Origin: Pseudomonadota bacterium
Lineage (GTDB): Bacteria > Desulfobacterota > Desulfobulbia > Desulfobulbales > Desulfocapsaceae
Assembly (NCBI GenBank): GCA_030671085.1
Contig: DAOVAI010000001.1
Location: 3,633 to 67,632 of the forward strand
Direction: 5' to 3'
DNA length: 64,000 bases
Positions 20,127 to 30,716 of this stretch are shown here, piece after piece (the first letter of the stretch is position 1; each line of letters starts with the position of its first letter). Position numbers and translations under genes: made by a program. The notes beneath the pieces were generated by a model, which had not been told where the DNA came from, made no database searches, and saw only the letters and a program-made list of their open reading frames with translations.

Positions 20127-21578
20127 TCAAGCAGTGGCTTTTCCGTTTCGAGGAATGATGATCGTACAGATATTTGATTGATCATCATTTCTGATTACAT
20201 CCAGGCTGCCGCCAAAGGTTTTCAAAAACTGTCTGCAGAAATTCATGTTGTGCCACGGCCTGTTGGGGTCCGCAGCACGAGGAGTCTTCTCAAATTTCCA
20301 AGGCGCTCCATTATCATATATGGATATCGCGATTTGAGCGTCGGTGGTGTTGTCATCATCGGTGAAGATTTCTATCTTTTTGTTTCCTGTCTTATCGTCT
20401 TGAAAACGACTTTTCACCGCTGTTCTGCTGCTTTGGATAGCTGACAGAATAACCAGCTGAAGATCACTGACATGATAGTTCAGTGAAATAGTGCTGTCTG
20501 CCATTGAGACGGAAAACTCAATACCATCGGTCTTAAGCGTTCCTCGTATCAGGCTCGATATGTGGGCAAAGATCTCTTCCAGGGTAAGGATTTTTGCCTC
20601 ACCGCTTTCACTGCCACTGGTAAAGGTAATCATATTAGTCAGGAGCTGTGACATCTTTTTTTCTTCTGCAAAGAGTTTTCGTAACAGGTCCTTGGTATCA
20701 TTGTCCATCTGTGAATCTTCGCTGAGGTCAAGAATCGCCTGAGTATAATTGATAACTCCATTGGAGCGATTGGTCAGTTCATGGCTCAGCCCACCTAGGA
20801 GATGGCCAATACTGCTGTACCTGTAAAGGCGGGAAAGTTCCTTTACCGGCCACTCGGGAACCATTTCTCCTGCATTTCGTGTCTTTTCTGGCAGTTGTTG
20901 TGATGCCAGGGTCTCAATCGTTGAATGGAGGGTGAAAAGTGAGATATCGCTCGATGATATTTTTGGAAAAAGAGTACGGCAATAGTGGATGATAGGAGTA
21001 GTGATATATTTATTCACCACCAGAAGCATGATGCTGACTGTTGCAACTACAAGAGCAAGCATCCCGACCAGTGCTCGTTGAAGCCCTAGAAGCTGTGTCT
21101 GGGTATATCTGGTAATGAGCTGATGAAAACCTGTGAGTTTCGTGTTGATAGAGCGTAATTGTTTTGAGAGTGAAGCCAGTTGAACTGCAGTCGGCGTGTC
21201 AGGACTGTTTTGGATACTGCGAAGGCTTACGGTCACATTAACCAGATCCACCTGGCTGATAAATGCGAGTTTAAATTCTTCTGGAATAAGGATGTCACCC
21301 AGGACCAAACTCATCTCTTTATCCAAACCCTGAATTTCTTTTATAAGTTCAGCAGTATTTAATGATTTTTGGCTGAGCAGTGTTTCATTGATGTGCTCTT
21401 TCATTCCAGTGAACTGAAAAAGAAGGGTCTGACTGGAATGAACCAGCTGTTCGCAATGACGATAGAGAAAATACTGTTTACCGGCAAGAAAGATGACGAC
21501 CATGAGCAGGCAGAGGGTAGAGCCTGTAAAGACATATAAAACACTTTTCAATGAAATTTTCGAAAAAATAGTCTTCAT
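20127..21578 (-). CDS. Membrane sensor with HisKA-like domain and degenerate HATPase
   Basis: Two TM segments; LGGLSHELTNRSNGVINY H-box; N-box altered (LSAIQSS), DNGAP present, F and G2 boxes not recognisable. Confidence 0.8.
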   Translation of the reverse strand: MKTIFSKISLKSVLYVFTGSTLCLLMVVIFLAGKQYFLYRHCEQLVHSSQTLLFQFTGMKEHINETLLSQKSLNTAELIKEIQGLDKEMSLVLGDILIPEEFKLAFISQVDLVNVTVSLRSIQNSPDTPTAVQLASLSKQLRSINTKLTGFHQLITRYTQTQLLGLQRALVGMLALVVATVSIMLLVVNKYITTPIIHYCRTLFPKISSSDISLFTLHSTIETLASQQLPEKTRNAGEMVPEWPVKELSRLYRYSSIGHLLGGLSHELTNRSNGVINYTQAILDLSEDSQMDNDTKDLLRKLFAEEKKMSQLLTNMITFTSGSESGEAKILTLEEIFAHISSLIRGTLKTDGIEFSVSMADSTISLNYHVSDLQLVILSAIQSSRTAVKSRFQDDKTGNKKIEIFTDDDNTTDAQIAISIYDNGAPWKFEKTPRAADPNRPWHNMNFCRQFLKTFGGSLDVIRNDDQSNICTIIIPRNGKATA

Positions 21579-21618
21579 CTTTAGTCCTATAGTTATAGAA
21601 GGAGTATGGAAAAAAAGG

Positions 21619-21651
21619 ACAAGAGCCCCCAGGAAAAATGAGGGCTCTTGT
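21619..21651. terminator. Stem-loop downstream of the NrfD-family gene
   Basis: ACAAGAGCCC...GGGCTCTTGT, followed on the minus strand by CCTTTTTTT. Confidence 0.6.
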
Positions 21652-21661
21652 CGATTGTCTT

Positions 21662-22915
21662 CTATTTCTCACCCTTCCATTCGTAGACGATGGGCAGACG
21701 ATAAACGATAAAGCGATAAGTCAAGAAGTAGAGGGAGTAGAGAGTAACAGTAATCCATACTTCCTTCCAGTGTGGAATTTCCTGGTACAGCTGCCAGTTA
21801 TAACAAACCAGAGCCGTGTTGAGCCGATTCCAGACGATTCCTACTACAGTGATAAATGCTGCGAACCTGATCAGTCCAAGACGCTGATTCCTGACACCAA
21901 AGGCGAACATCAACATGGGCAGGACAACGGCGACACCGAGTTCAAGCATGTAGTAACTTCCCCATCCGGTAAGCAGGTACGACCATTCCTGATCATGGGC
22001 AACGGCTACTATTTTGATGATCAGGTAGGTGATCATGGCATATGAGGCACCTGTTGCAAGCCCCATGGTTATTTTGTCCAGATTGTCTTTGAATTCATCA
22101 TCACAGCGCCAGGCCATAAAATTCCTGATCAGTGTAGAAGATACGATGACCATGGAGAGTCCGGCAAAGATGGATGAACAGAAAAAATGAATCCATTGAA
22201 AGTTCACTGACAGCCAGAGGGGATGGACCTTGGACGGTGCGTAGGTGAACAAGGCACCCAAGGCTCCCTGGTGGAGTGTGGAAAGAATGATACCTGCGAT
22301 GGTGAGACCGAGGACCATTTTTCTGATGATACGTTTTCCTTTCAGCCAGCCAATCCATTCAAAAAAGGCAGGCAGCACTTCTGCAATCTGAACTGTCAGA
22401 TACGTTGCAACATGCCAGGCGACCAGGAAGAGAACCGCTGCCGGACCAAGTGATACAAACATCGGATAGGGGAGGCGCCATGGCATACCAAGATCCACTT
22501 CCAGGAAGAGGACAGCAAAGAAATAGCCCAGAAGGCCGTTCAGCAGTGCAAGACGTTCAATGGGGTGAAAATCTTTTCTGCCAAACAGTTCTACGGTGGT
22601 ACCCAGCATAAATCCTGATGCGGAAAGGGGAACCATTGCAAAAAGGCCGAATCCTAGAAAGAGGCCCCAGGGATAGTCATTGGAAGCATGGGTTACTGCT
22701 CCAAGGCCAAAGAGGTAACGCTGCATAATAAGCGGAACACCAATGGCAAAAATGCCGATCATCAGCCAGTTTACAGGATTTCTAAAAAACTGTTTTTTGT
22801 ATTCCGGCAGAGACAGACCCAACCACAGTTTTTCTTTGATGGTCCATTCTGTCCCGTCTTCTTTTAGATGATTGACAATTGGAATTTCAGGTCTTTCCTT
22901 TGAAAATATTCTCAT
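21662..22915 (-). CDS. NrfD-family membrane subunit (HybB/HmcC-like)
   Basis: GLGAVT...YPWGL, DLGMPWR, LSTLHQGALG, NRLN; about 10 TM helices. Confidence 0.9.
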   Translation of the reverse strand: MRIFSKERPEIPIVNHLKEDGTEWTIKEKLWLGLSLPEYKKQFFRNPVNWLMIGIFAIGVPLIMQRYLFGLGAVTHASNDYPWGLFLGFGLFAMVPLSASGFMLGTTVELFGRKDFHPIERLALLNGLLGYFFAVLFLEVDLGMPWRLPYPMFVSLGPAAVLFLVAWHVATYLTVQIAEVLPAFFEWIGWLKGKRIIRKMVLGLTIAGIILSTLHQGALGALFTYAPSKVHPLWLSVNFQWIHFFCSSIFAGLSMVIVSSTLIRNFMAWRCDDEFKDNLDKITMGLATGASYAMITYLIIKIVAVAHDQEWSYLLTGWGSYYMLELGVAVVLPMLMFAFGVRNQRLGLIRFAAFITVVGIVWNRLNTALVCYNWQLYQEIPHWKEVWITVTLYSLYFLTYRFIVYRLPIVYEWKGEK

Positions 22916-23853
22916 GCCTGCTCCTCCTTCTCATCATTTTCTTGTTCTTGTTTTTTGATATTTTCTTTTCTTGTAGCCAACAGGTGAAATCCTACAAAGA
23001 GGCCAGGCCAAATGGTGAGAACCATAGGAACCATAGCAAGAAAATCTTTTACCGAATTGAGGATTGGTTCTTTGGGTACATGGGTGTCAAAACCAACTTT
23101 GTCAAAGGAAACACTGGACAGGTACATCCAGGCAGTCCCCCCGACTTCTTTTTCTCCATAGATGTGGTCCACATATTTTCCAGGAGTGTTGCGAATACGC
23201 TGACGTCCCATGTCGATCAGGTCTGTACGCTTACCAAAGGTCAATGCCTCCTGGGGACATGCTTCTACACAGGCAGGTGGCTTTCCATCTTTCAGGCGGG
23301 TATCGTAACAGAAGATGCATTTCATAATGCGTGGGTTAAATGCACTGGAATACTTGAAAGTAGGAATATAAAATGGGCAGGCAATCATACAGGTCCTGCA
23401 ACCTACACAGACCTTGGAATTATAGATAACGGCCCCTTCCGGTGTCTTGGTATAGGCGTTGACAAAGCAGGAAGTCAAACAAGCTGGTTCCTGGCAGTGA
23501 TTACATTGGATCTTGCGGAATAGGGGATGGTCGAGTTCGGGAACATCATACTGATTCACTACTGTATAGGCTGTTTCATCGGTACGCCTTTTCTGGCCAT
23601 GATGGATTTCGTCAAAGACCGAGTAGTCAGTAAAGGGTTTCGCGGGTTCCGGGAGTCCCTGTTCTTTGTTACAGGCTGCTTCACAACTTCTGCATCCCAC
23701 ACAGCGGGTGAGGTCAACGAGAACGCCCATCCCTTCAGGGTATCCCTCGAAATCGTGCGCTGCTTGCGACTCTTTATTTTTAAGTACCGCAACTGCTGCA
23801 GTACCGGCAAGCCCGCCTTTTAAAAAATTTCTACGGCTTACAGTTTTTTTCAT
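22912..23853 (-). CDS. Tat-exported 4Fe-4S protein (HybA/HmcB-like) with C-terminal anchor
   Basis: SRRNFLK; CVGCRSCEAAC, CNHCQEPAC, CVGCRTCMIACP, CIFC...PACVEACP; IYGEKEVGGT. Confidence 0.92.
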   Translation of the reverse strand: MKKTVSRRNFLKGGLAGTAAVAVLKNKESQAAHDFEGYPEGMGVLVDLTRCVGCRSCEAACNKEQGLPEPAKPFTDYSVFDEIHHGQKRRTDETAYTVVNQYDVPELDHPLFRKIQCNHCQEPACLTSCFVNAYTKTPEGAVIYNSKVCVGCRTCMIACPFYIPTFKYSSAFNPRIMKCIFCYDTRLKDGKPPACVEACPQEALTFGKRTDLIDMGRQRIRNTPGKYVDHIYGEKEVGGTAWMYLSSVSFDKVGFDTHVPKEPILNSVKDFLAMVPMVLTIWPGLFVGFHLLATRKENIKKQEQENDEKEEQA

Positions 23854-23920
23854 GGTTTTTTCCTCTCTTGAAGAACTGTCACTTGAGTACCTTAAAAATG
23901 CTTACCTGTGTAACACCTGA

Positions 23921-24454
23921 TCAATGACCAGTGGCCGAATGTCCTTTTGCAGGACTGTGTTTAATATGGGTATCAAACAATTTCTCACCGGCCTCGGTCA
24001 TGGTGTGACAGTCCTGACAACCTGTTGGGCCACCAGTCTCCTGGTGACAACCGACACAGTTGAGATGGTAGGCACCTTTGAGTCCTGGTTTGTCAATATG
24101 ATACAGTTCTGGCGCTTCCAGAGTTTTGAGATATTTTTCATGAAAACGATCCGATTCATGACATTCGCCACAGCTGACCACATCGGCCTCACCGCTGGTG
24201 GTGTGACAACGTGCGCAGTTTTTATCAGTTACTTCTCCACCGGTGGTATGATGGTGGCACTGTTCACAGCTTGTGATTTCAACATGCAGGGCATGATCAA
24301 ATTCTACAGGGACATAGAGAGTTGCCAGGCTGTCAATGGTCACTGACTCCGGGGCATCATCTGCATCCATGGTCCAGACCTGGGCCGGAGTTGTCAATAC
24401 ACCTCCTATGGCCAGGGCTAAAGCTGTCCTTAATATTTTTTTCCTTGTTTGCAT
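23921..24454 (-). CDS. Cytochrome c3-like protein, 5 CxxCH
   Basis: Signal peptide; VEFDHALH; CEQCH, CARCH, CGECH, CVGCH, CQDCH; GLKGAYH. Confidence 0.92.
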   Translation of the reverse strand: MQTRKKILRTALALAIGGVLTTPAQVWTMDADDAPESVTIDSLATLYVPVEFDHALHVEITSCEQCHHHTTGGEVTDKNCARCHTTSGEADVVSCGECHESDRFHEKYLKTLEAPELYHIDKPGLKGAYHLNCVGCHQETGGPTGCQDCHTMTEAGEKLFDTHIKHSPAKGHSATGH

Positions 24455-24515
24455 CTGGTTTCCTCCTTGTAAAAAATCTTCAGGGTAATCCTGTGATCCT
24501 TTTGTTTCGTTTTCC

Positions 24516-26330
24516 TCATTCCTCCCTTTGTTTGTTCAATAGTTTTTTCTCAATGTTTTTTTCATTTATGTAACAATGATGCACAATATCCATCTCTTCA
24601 GCGTCAACGGTTTCATTGACCAGTAAGGCCTCAGCCAGTTTATGTAAGAACTTGTTGTTTTCGGAGAGCAGTTCTTTGGTTTCCCGGTAACATTGTTCAA
24701 TCAGCCTTTTGATTTCGTTGTCTATATTTTCAGCTGTTTTTTCGCTGTATGCCTTTGCTGCAGATCCTCCGCCTAAAAAACCACCCTGTTCCTGCATGTA
24801 GGCAACTGGTCCTATGACCTGACTCATGCCGAATTCACAGACTAAGCGGCTTGCTATTTCGGTTGCCGACAGGATGTCATTGGAAGCACCGGTTGTTTGA
24901 TGGCCAAAAACAATCTCTTCAGCTGCACGGCCGGCCATGAGGATCTTAATCCTGTTTACGAGGTATTCTCGAGAGTAGGTGTAGCGGTCATCTAAAGGAA
25001 GCTGCTGGGTGAGGCCCAATGCTCTTCCTCGAGGTATGATAGTAATCTTGTGGACAGGGTCGGTTTCCTCGAGAAGTGTTGCCGTGATGGCGTGCCCGGC
25101 TTCATGATAGGCTGTAACACGCCTGACTTTTTCATCAATAACCGCACTTTTTCGTTCCAGACCGAGGCTTATTTTGTCCTTGGCTTCTTCAAAATCTTGG
25201 AGATCAACAGCTGTTTTATTGTGACGAGCTGCCATCAAAGCTGCTTCATTTACCAGGTTGGCAATCTCAGCTCCGCTAAATCCTGGTATGGATCTGGCGA
25301 TCTCGGAAAGATTTACGCCGCTTGCCATCACAATTTTTTTGGCATGGACTTCCAGGATCTTTCTTCTGCCTTTGACATCAGGTAAGGTAATGGTCACTTG
25401 GCGGTCAAAACGGCCAGGGCGGAGAAGTGCAGGGTCAAGGATGTCTGGACGGTTTGTGGCAGCAATGATGATAACCGTCTCATTGGAATCAAACCCGTCC
25501 ATCTCCACTAGAAGGGCGTTCAGGGTCTGTTCGCGTTCATCAGAGCCTGTTGCATTGCCGCCGCTCCGTTTGCCGCCAATGGCATCAATCTCATCGATAA
25601 AAATGATACATGGTGAATTCTTTTTTGCTTCGGTAAAGAGTTCTCTTACCCGGGAAGCTCCGACACCCACGAACATTTCGACAAAATCTGAGCCGCCTAT
25701 GGAGTAGAAGGGAACCGATGCCTCTCCGGCAATTGCCTTGGCCAGGAGGGTCTTCCCGGTTCCTGGAGGGCCCTGCAGCAGAACACCTTTTGGGATGTAT
25801 CCACCGAGTTTGGAAAACTTTTCAGGGTGCTTTAAGGATTCGACAATTTCCACCAGCTCTGTTCTGGCCTCGCTGATGCCTGCAACATCTTCAAAGGTGA
25901 GGCCGGTGTCGCTGCTTGGCAAAAAAGAACTGCTTTTACTTTTACCAAAGCCTGACTTGCCTGCCTGCTGCATACGACTGAAGATGAGGTATCCGCCGAG
26001 AATGAGCAATACAGGAAGCATGGATTTAAGAAAACCCCCCATGCTCTCACTGTCTTTTTCAGCTGTGATCAGGACCGATTTTTCCTTCAGCAGCGGCATT
26101 ATTGAGGCAACATCAGGAATATAAGAGCTGAAAGATCTGTTGATACTGTCTTCGCCTTTAACGCTTCCGCCTCTTAAGTGGACAGTTTTAATTTCACCCT
26201 TTTGCAGCTGTTCCATAAAATCGGTATAAGATATTTCTTCAGGAGTTGTTTCATTGAGGTAAACGTTGTATCCGACAACTCCTAAGAAGGTGAGGAAGAG
26301 CACGAGTAACCCTGTTTGGATTTGGGACAT
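24516..26330 (-). CDS. ftsH: FtsH-family AAA+ zinc metalloprotease (paralog 1)
   Basis: Two TM segments; [49 protein letters not shown]. Confidence 0.95.
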   Translation of the reverse strand: MSQIQTGLLVLFLTFLGVVGYNVYLNETTPEEISYTDFMEQLQKGEIKTVHLRGGSVKGEDSINRSFSSYIPDVASIMPLLKEKSVLITAEKDSESMGGFLKSMLPVLLILGGYLIFSRMQQAGKSGFGKSKSSSFLPSSDTGLTFEDVAGISEARTELVEIVESLKHPEKFSKLGGYIPKGVLLQGPPGTGKTLLAKAIAGEASVPFYSIGGSDFVEMFVGVGASRVRELFTEAKKNSPCIIFIDEIDAIGGKRSGGNATGSDEREQTLNALLVEMDGFDSNETVIIIAATNRPDILDPALLRPGRFDRQVTITLPDVKGRRKILEVHAKKIVMASGVNLSEIARSIPGFSGAEIANLVNEAALMAARHNKTAVDLQDFEEAKDKISLGLERKSAVIDEKVRRVTAYHEAGHAITATLLEETDPVHKITIIPRGRALGLTQQLPLDDRYTYSREYLVNRIKILMAGRAAEEIVFGHQTTGASNDILSATEIASRLVCEFGMSQVIGPVAYMQEQGGFLGGGSAAKAYSEKTAENIDNEIKRLIEQCYRETKELLSENNKFLHKLAEALLVNETVDAEEMDIVHHCYINEKNIEKKLLNKQREE

Positions 26331-26334
26331 GAGT

Positions 26335-27249
26335 TCACTCCGTAGCAGAGGTGGATGTTAAGTTTTTGTATGACCGTGATTTCTGGGCAAGAACTCCGGA
26401 CAGGAGGAGATTGAATACTGCCTCACTATCAGAAAGCATTGCTGAATTGCTTCGAAAACAAAATTCGTCAAGATAGAGTTGTAGGTGTTTGTTAGCCACT
26501 CCTCCTCGATGGATTTTATGCAACCAGAGTTCAAAACTCGCTATGATCTGTTCAATGCGAAAGGTTGTCGCGCTTTCGGATCCGGTAACAGTGATATAGC
26601 TGTTTCTGTCTATCCCCTGATAGGCAATGTTTTCAGGAACAACAAGAGATGACCCGGTGGCGACATGTTTGGCGAGAAAGTGGGTCACTGTATCGTTTGA
26701 CAAATCATTGAAGGGTTGCATTTTAATCCTTCCGGTGATCCCTGATGGCATGATAATTTCTGCAGCGGCAAGGATGTGTTCTTCCCCCCTGTTGTCGCCG
26801 CCCAATGATATGGTGCTGTCGCAGAGTTCAACGGTCCCGCGACATGGCTTGTTATCGGCAACTGCCATGGCCATACGGAGTTTTTGCAGCCAGGTCCAGG
26901 CAGTCTGATAGCTTGAGAGCTGGAGCAGGCGTTGTAGATCTTTGGCGCTGTGACCACCGTCTGTGGATGCGAGCCACCAAATAGAGACAAGCCACTCAGA
27001 TAAAGGTTTTTTGGTCCCATGCATAATGGTATTGGTGGTGATTGAGGTGGGATGGCCGCAATGGCTGCAGATGATTGTTTTTGCAGGTTGCTGCTCCTCA
27101 TTGACCCAGTTGCAGTATGGGCACTCAAAGCCTCGGGGCCATCGTTTATAAAAGAGAAAATGCTGGCTGATGGTCTCGCTATGAAACTCTTTTCGGAATT
27201 CCTCTACCGTTTGCGGAAATCGATTTCTGAGAGTGGGAGTTGCCTGCAT
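26335..27249 (-). CDS. IS1595-family transposase-derived protein, catalytic Asp motifs altered
   Basis: RWPRGFECPYC...CSHC zinc ribbon, SYQTAWTWLQKLRMAM, KHLQLYLDEFCFRSN; VELCDSTI and SLVVPENIAY replace the usual VEVDETY and TD-G-x-x-x-Y motifs. Confidence 0.85.
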   Translation of the reverse strand: MQATPTLRNRFPQTVEEFRKEFHSETISQHFLFYKRWPRGFECPYCNWVNEEQQPAKTIICSHCGHPTSITTNTIMHGTKKPLSEWLVSIWWLASTDGGHSAKDLQRLLQLSSYQTAWTWLQKLRMAMAVADNKPCRGTVELCDSTISLGGDNRGEEHILAAAEIIMPSGITGRIKMQPFNDLSNDTVTHFLAKHVATGSSLVVPENIAYQGIDRNSYITVTGSESATTFRIEQIIASFELWLHKIHRGGVANKHLQLYLDEFCFRSNSAMLSDSEAVFNLLLSGVLAQKSRSYKNLTSTSATE

Positions 27250-27295
27250 GTGTGCTCCTCAAATTGTTGAACTTATCCACTTTAATTTGAGTTAT

Positions 27296-27311
27296 TGCAC
27301 ATATGGTGCCA
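27296..27311 (-). promoter_or_regulatory. sigma54 -24/-12 promoter
   Basis: TGGCACCATATGTGCA (GG-N10-GC), 46 nt upstream of ATG 27249. Confidence 0.85.
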
Positions 27312-27524
27312 TAGAGGCGAAGTCTTTGGTCTTCTTTGTAATGAATTGAAATTACAAGATAATTTCGAAATGTAGCATCGCCGGGGGAGGGGTTCCTGGA
27401 AAGGGGGCGTGTTAGAATTTAAGGTAGTACTTATTTATTTTTGATTAAATGTTCTGCATAAACAGGATGTTATACTGTTTCTTCTTGCTGGAAGGGAGTG
27501 TGGGAAAAAACCAACACAAGTGTG

Positions 27525-27566
27525 GTTTCTGCTACACTTGTGTGGCGACACAAGTGTAGCAGAAAC
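27525..27566. promoter_or_regulatory. Perfect palindrome with 19-bp arms, candidate enhancer (UAS)
   Basis: GTTTCTGCTACACTTGTGT-GGCG-ACACAAGTGTAGCAGAAAC, about 215-255 bp upstream of the sigma54 site. Confidence 0.65.
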
Positions 27567-27572
27567 GAGAGG

Positions 27573-29384
27573 CTAGGTGTCAAGACTACTGAGATCGATT
27601 TTCAATTCTTTTATTTTTCTGTACAGAGTTGATCTGTCCATGCCGAGCAACCTGGAAGCCTTGGCCTTATTCCCTCCTGTCTTTTTTAAGGCGGCAAGAA
27701 TTTTTCCCTCCACGGATTGATACTGGGTGGAATCGGTAAACGAAGTAGAAATCGGTGGTTCCTGGGATGGTTCCCTTTGTAAGGGGGAAACAGAGGGAGG
27801 CCTAAACGAGTCTGGATGTTGAATTTCCTGAGGAAGCTGTTCAGTGGCAATGGTTGAACCGTGACAGAGCACACAGGAACGTTCGATTACATGTTCAAGT
27901 TCCCTGATATTGCCAGGCCATTGATACTTGACAAGCAGTGCCATGGCCTGATCTGAGATGCCGGTAATGGGTTTTCCCATTTTCTTAGAAAACTGCTGGA
28001 TAAACTTGTTCGTCAACAGTTCTACATCTCCGGTACGTTCTCGAAGCGAAGGCATTATGATATCAATGACTCTGAGGCGAAAATAAAGGTCTTCACGGAA
28101 GTTTCCCTGCTGCACTTTTTCACGTAAATTCACATTGGTTGCGGCAATGACCCGGACATCTACCTGAATAGGAGTATCTCTTCCCACAGGGTAAAATGTT
28201 TTTTCCTGAAGAAAACGAAGGAGTCGGAGCTGCATCATGGACGAGATGTCACCTATTTCGTCAAGAAACAAGGTGCCGCCGTCTGCCTGGAGAATGCGTC
28301 CCATTCTGTCCTGGTCGGCTCCAGTAAAAGAACCTTTTTTATGGCCAAAAAGTTCGCTCTCAAGCAGGTTTTCAGGGATCGCGGTACAGTCTACTTTTAC
28401 CAGTGGACGGTTTCTTCTATGACTTTCCAGATGGAGGGCCTCAGTTGCCAGCTCTTTACCGGTTCCACTTTCACCGGTAATGAGAACAGCGGAATCAACC
28501 TTTCCAACGTGTTCAATCATGGTGTATACCGTTTGCATCGCAGCACTGGAACCAATCATGCGATGGAAAGAACTGCGCTGATCCGAGTACTTCTGCTCCT
28601 TGGTTGTCATGTCTCGAAGGACAATGACAACACCATGGAATCCGCCTCTACCGTCTTCCAGCGGCGAAATACAGATGCTGAATACCTGTTGTTTCCCGGA
28701 AGTAGTGAGGTACTCAATCCTGTGTTCTTTGATTTCCATGCCGGAGCGTAAAACCTTTTCAGCATCTTCTTTGAAAAAACAGGTATTGCTGTCACTGCAG
28801 GTCAGGGCAAGATTGGCCCCTTCTTTAAAGTCCGGGTTGACTGTTCCCAAAAGGGACTTGGCCGCCTGGTTCATCTTGACGATATTCAGGTCCTCATCAA
28901 CTGTCATGATGGAGTCGGAAACACTTCTGAACAGTGTGTCCAGGTAGCTGCGATATTTTTCTTTTTCTTCTTCGGCAAGACGTTTTTCCTGTTGCAGTCG
29001 ATGCTGCTGCAGGGCAAGGCGAGTGGTCTTCAGAAGCACTTCTTTTTCAACCGGTTTCTGGATGTAGTCAAAGGCACCAAAACGTACTGCATCAGAGGCT
29101 GTGTCAACATTTGGATAGCCGGTTACCATGATGACAGGGCAGGAGATGCCAAGTTCACGTATCCGTTTCAAGAGATCAATGCCGGAACGGCCGCCGAGAA
29201 CAATATCACTGATGATCAACTCAAAAGATCTGCTTGTAAGTTCGCTGACAGCCTCTTCGAAATTAGAGGCCATGATGACCGGCCCATATCCTTCACGTTT
29301 GAGAAAAATTTGAAAGGTGTGGCGCAGACTTTCCTCATCGTCGACTACCAGAATGGAGGTTTCTGTTGTTGATTGGTCTTTCAT
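27573..29384 (-). CDS. sigma54-dependent response regulator REC-PAS-AAA+-HTH (paralog 1)
   Basis: ILVVDDE, LIISD; GESGTGKE, ESELFGH, GSFTGA, LFLDEIG, WPGNIREL; Fis-type HTH. Confidence 0.96.
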   Translation of the reverse strand: MKDQSTTETSILVVDDEESLRHTFQIFLKREGYGPVIMASNFEEAVSELTSRSFELIISDIVLGGRSGIDLLKRIRELGISCPVIMVTGYPNVDTASDAVRFGAFDYIQKPVEKEVLLKTTRLALQQHRLQQEKRLAEEEKEKYRSYLDTLFRSVSDSIMTVDEDLNIVKMNQAAKSLLGTVNPDFKEGANLALTCSDSNTCFFKEDAEKVLRSGMEIKEHRIEYLTTSGKQQVFSICISPLEDGRGGFHGVVIVLRDMTTKEQKYSDQRSSFHRMIGSSAAMQTVYTMIEHVGKVDSAVLITGESGTGKELATEALHLESHRRNRPLVKVDCTAIPENLLESELFGHKKGSFTGADQDRMGRILQADGGTLFLDEIGDISSMMQLRLLRFLQEKTFYPVGRDTPIQVDVRVIAATNVNLREKVQQGNFREDLYFRLRVIDIIMPSLRERTGDVELLTNKFIQQFSKKMGKPITGISDQAMALLVKYQWPGNIRELEHVIERSCVLCHGSTIATEQLPQEIQHPDSFRPPSVSPLQREPSQEPPISTSFTDSTQYQSVEGKILAALKKTGGNKAKASRLLGMDRSTLYRKIKELKIDLSSLDT

Positions 29385-29405
29385 CTCCTCTCCTTTGTAT
29401 GAAGA

Positions 29406-30524
29406 TCAAGCAAAAGTAGTAAGATCCCTGAAGACCACCACAGCCCCGCTCAGTTTATTCCCTTCGACAATGGGGGTGGAGGTGTACTCAACGGTGAAGC
29501 TGTTTCCATCCTTTGTCCAGAAGATATCATCGGATTTAAAGTGGACCTTTCCATCTTTGTATGCCATGTAGATAGGGCAATCTTCTTCTTTATAATGGGT
29601 ACCATCAGAATGGGTGTGGTGAACCAGCTTGTGATGGGACTTCCCGGTTAACTCTTCCTGGGTCCAGCCAAGCATGATTGAGGCTGCCTTGTTCATAAAG
29701 GTCACATTGCCGTCAATATCCAGGCCGAAGATTCCTTCTCCAGCAGAATTGACGATGAGTTCGAGTTGTTTTTTCAGCTTTTTTGTTTTGCCGATGTCTT
29801 TAAACACCACCACTGCACCAGTAACTTTTTGCTCATCCAGGAGAGGTGTTGATGTGTATTCAACGGCAAAGCTTTTCCCGGATTTTTTCCAGAAGATATC
29901 ATCGGATTCAACGTGGACTTTACCATCATTGTAGGCCATATAGATAGGGCATTCCTGGACAGGGAAGTCAGTGCCGTCCTGATGAGAGTGATGAACCAGG
30001 TCATGGTGGGATTTGCCGATGAGCTCTTCTTCACTCCAGCCCAGTAATTCTGTGACCTTGTCATTCACAAAAGTGACTTTCCCGTGAATGTCGAGGCCAA
30101 AGATACCATCCCCGGCAGAGCGGAGAATGGCCTGCAGCCGTTTTCTCAGCTTAATCCCTTCTGCTTCAGCCTGGATACGTTCGGCTATTTCTCTGTTTAA
30201 CGAGCCATTGATCACAGACATCTCAAAGGTCTTTTTTTCCACTGTGTCATCAAGACTGGACTGAACATCGTTTAAGGCGTCTGTGGTCGAGGTCAGTTTT
30301 TCCTGCAGCGTTTTTTCTTGATTTTGAAAAAAATTAAATTCCAGAATAGAGAGGAACAGGGTCAACCCATAAAGAGAAACGAGTGCCACAAGTGACCAGA
30401 GTTCAAAAGGAAAAGATGAATCGTGAGACTTGGTTTCAATTCGGAGATCAAGAAAGTATAAAATTGCTGCAGCAAAGAAAAAGAGTAAAGAAAGGAGCAG
30501 AGAAAAACGGAATCTTCTGGTCAT
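29406..30524 (-). CDS. Membrane protein with coiled coil and two near-duplicate PAS domains, no output domain
   Basis: Two TM segments; SAG[DE]GIFGLDI...GKSHHxLVHH...CPIYMAYxDGKVH...DDIFW...VEYTSTP...GAVVVF occurs twice, then a stop. Start ATG 30524 chosen from the GAGGA RBS. Confidence 0.88.
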   Translation of the reverse strand: MTRRFRFSLLLSLLFFFAAAILYFLDLRIETKSHDSSFPFELWSLVALVSLYGLTLFLSILEFNFFQNQEKTLQEKLTSTTDALNDVQSSLDDTVEKKTFEMSVINGSLNREIAERIQAEAEGIKLRKRLQAILRSAGDGIFGLDIHGKVTFVNDKVTELLGWSEEELIGKSHHDLVHHSHQDGTDFPVQECPIYMAYNDGKVHVESDDIFWKKSGKSFAVEYTSTPLLDEQKVTGAVVVFKDIGKTKKLKKQLELIVNSAGEGIFGLDIDGNVTFMNKAASIMLGWTQEELTGKSHHKLVHHTHSDGTHYKEEDCPIYMAYKDGKVHFKSDDIFWTKDGNSFTVEYTSTPIVEGNKLSGAVVVFRDLTTFA

Positions 30525-30716
30525 GGTATGTTCCTCATTGTTGATGGCGTCGTAGATAAGCGAAGACTTCAAAAACTTTTTATCTGCTTCGTTGTTACAA
30601 ATTTTATATCATTACAGCGTACAAGGGTATGCTGTAATGATATAAAATTTGTACGCCCCGCATGGGAAGTTTTTTTCTGAGCCATCTGGAGTGTTAAGGT
30701 TTTCTGACTGTGTCAA

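Noticed and set aside
26335-27249. Active IS1595 insertion
   Set aside because: Catalytic Asp motifs altered, no terminal repeats seen, 4-nt spacing to ftsH, own sigma54 promoter.
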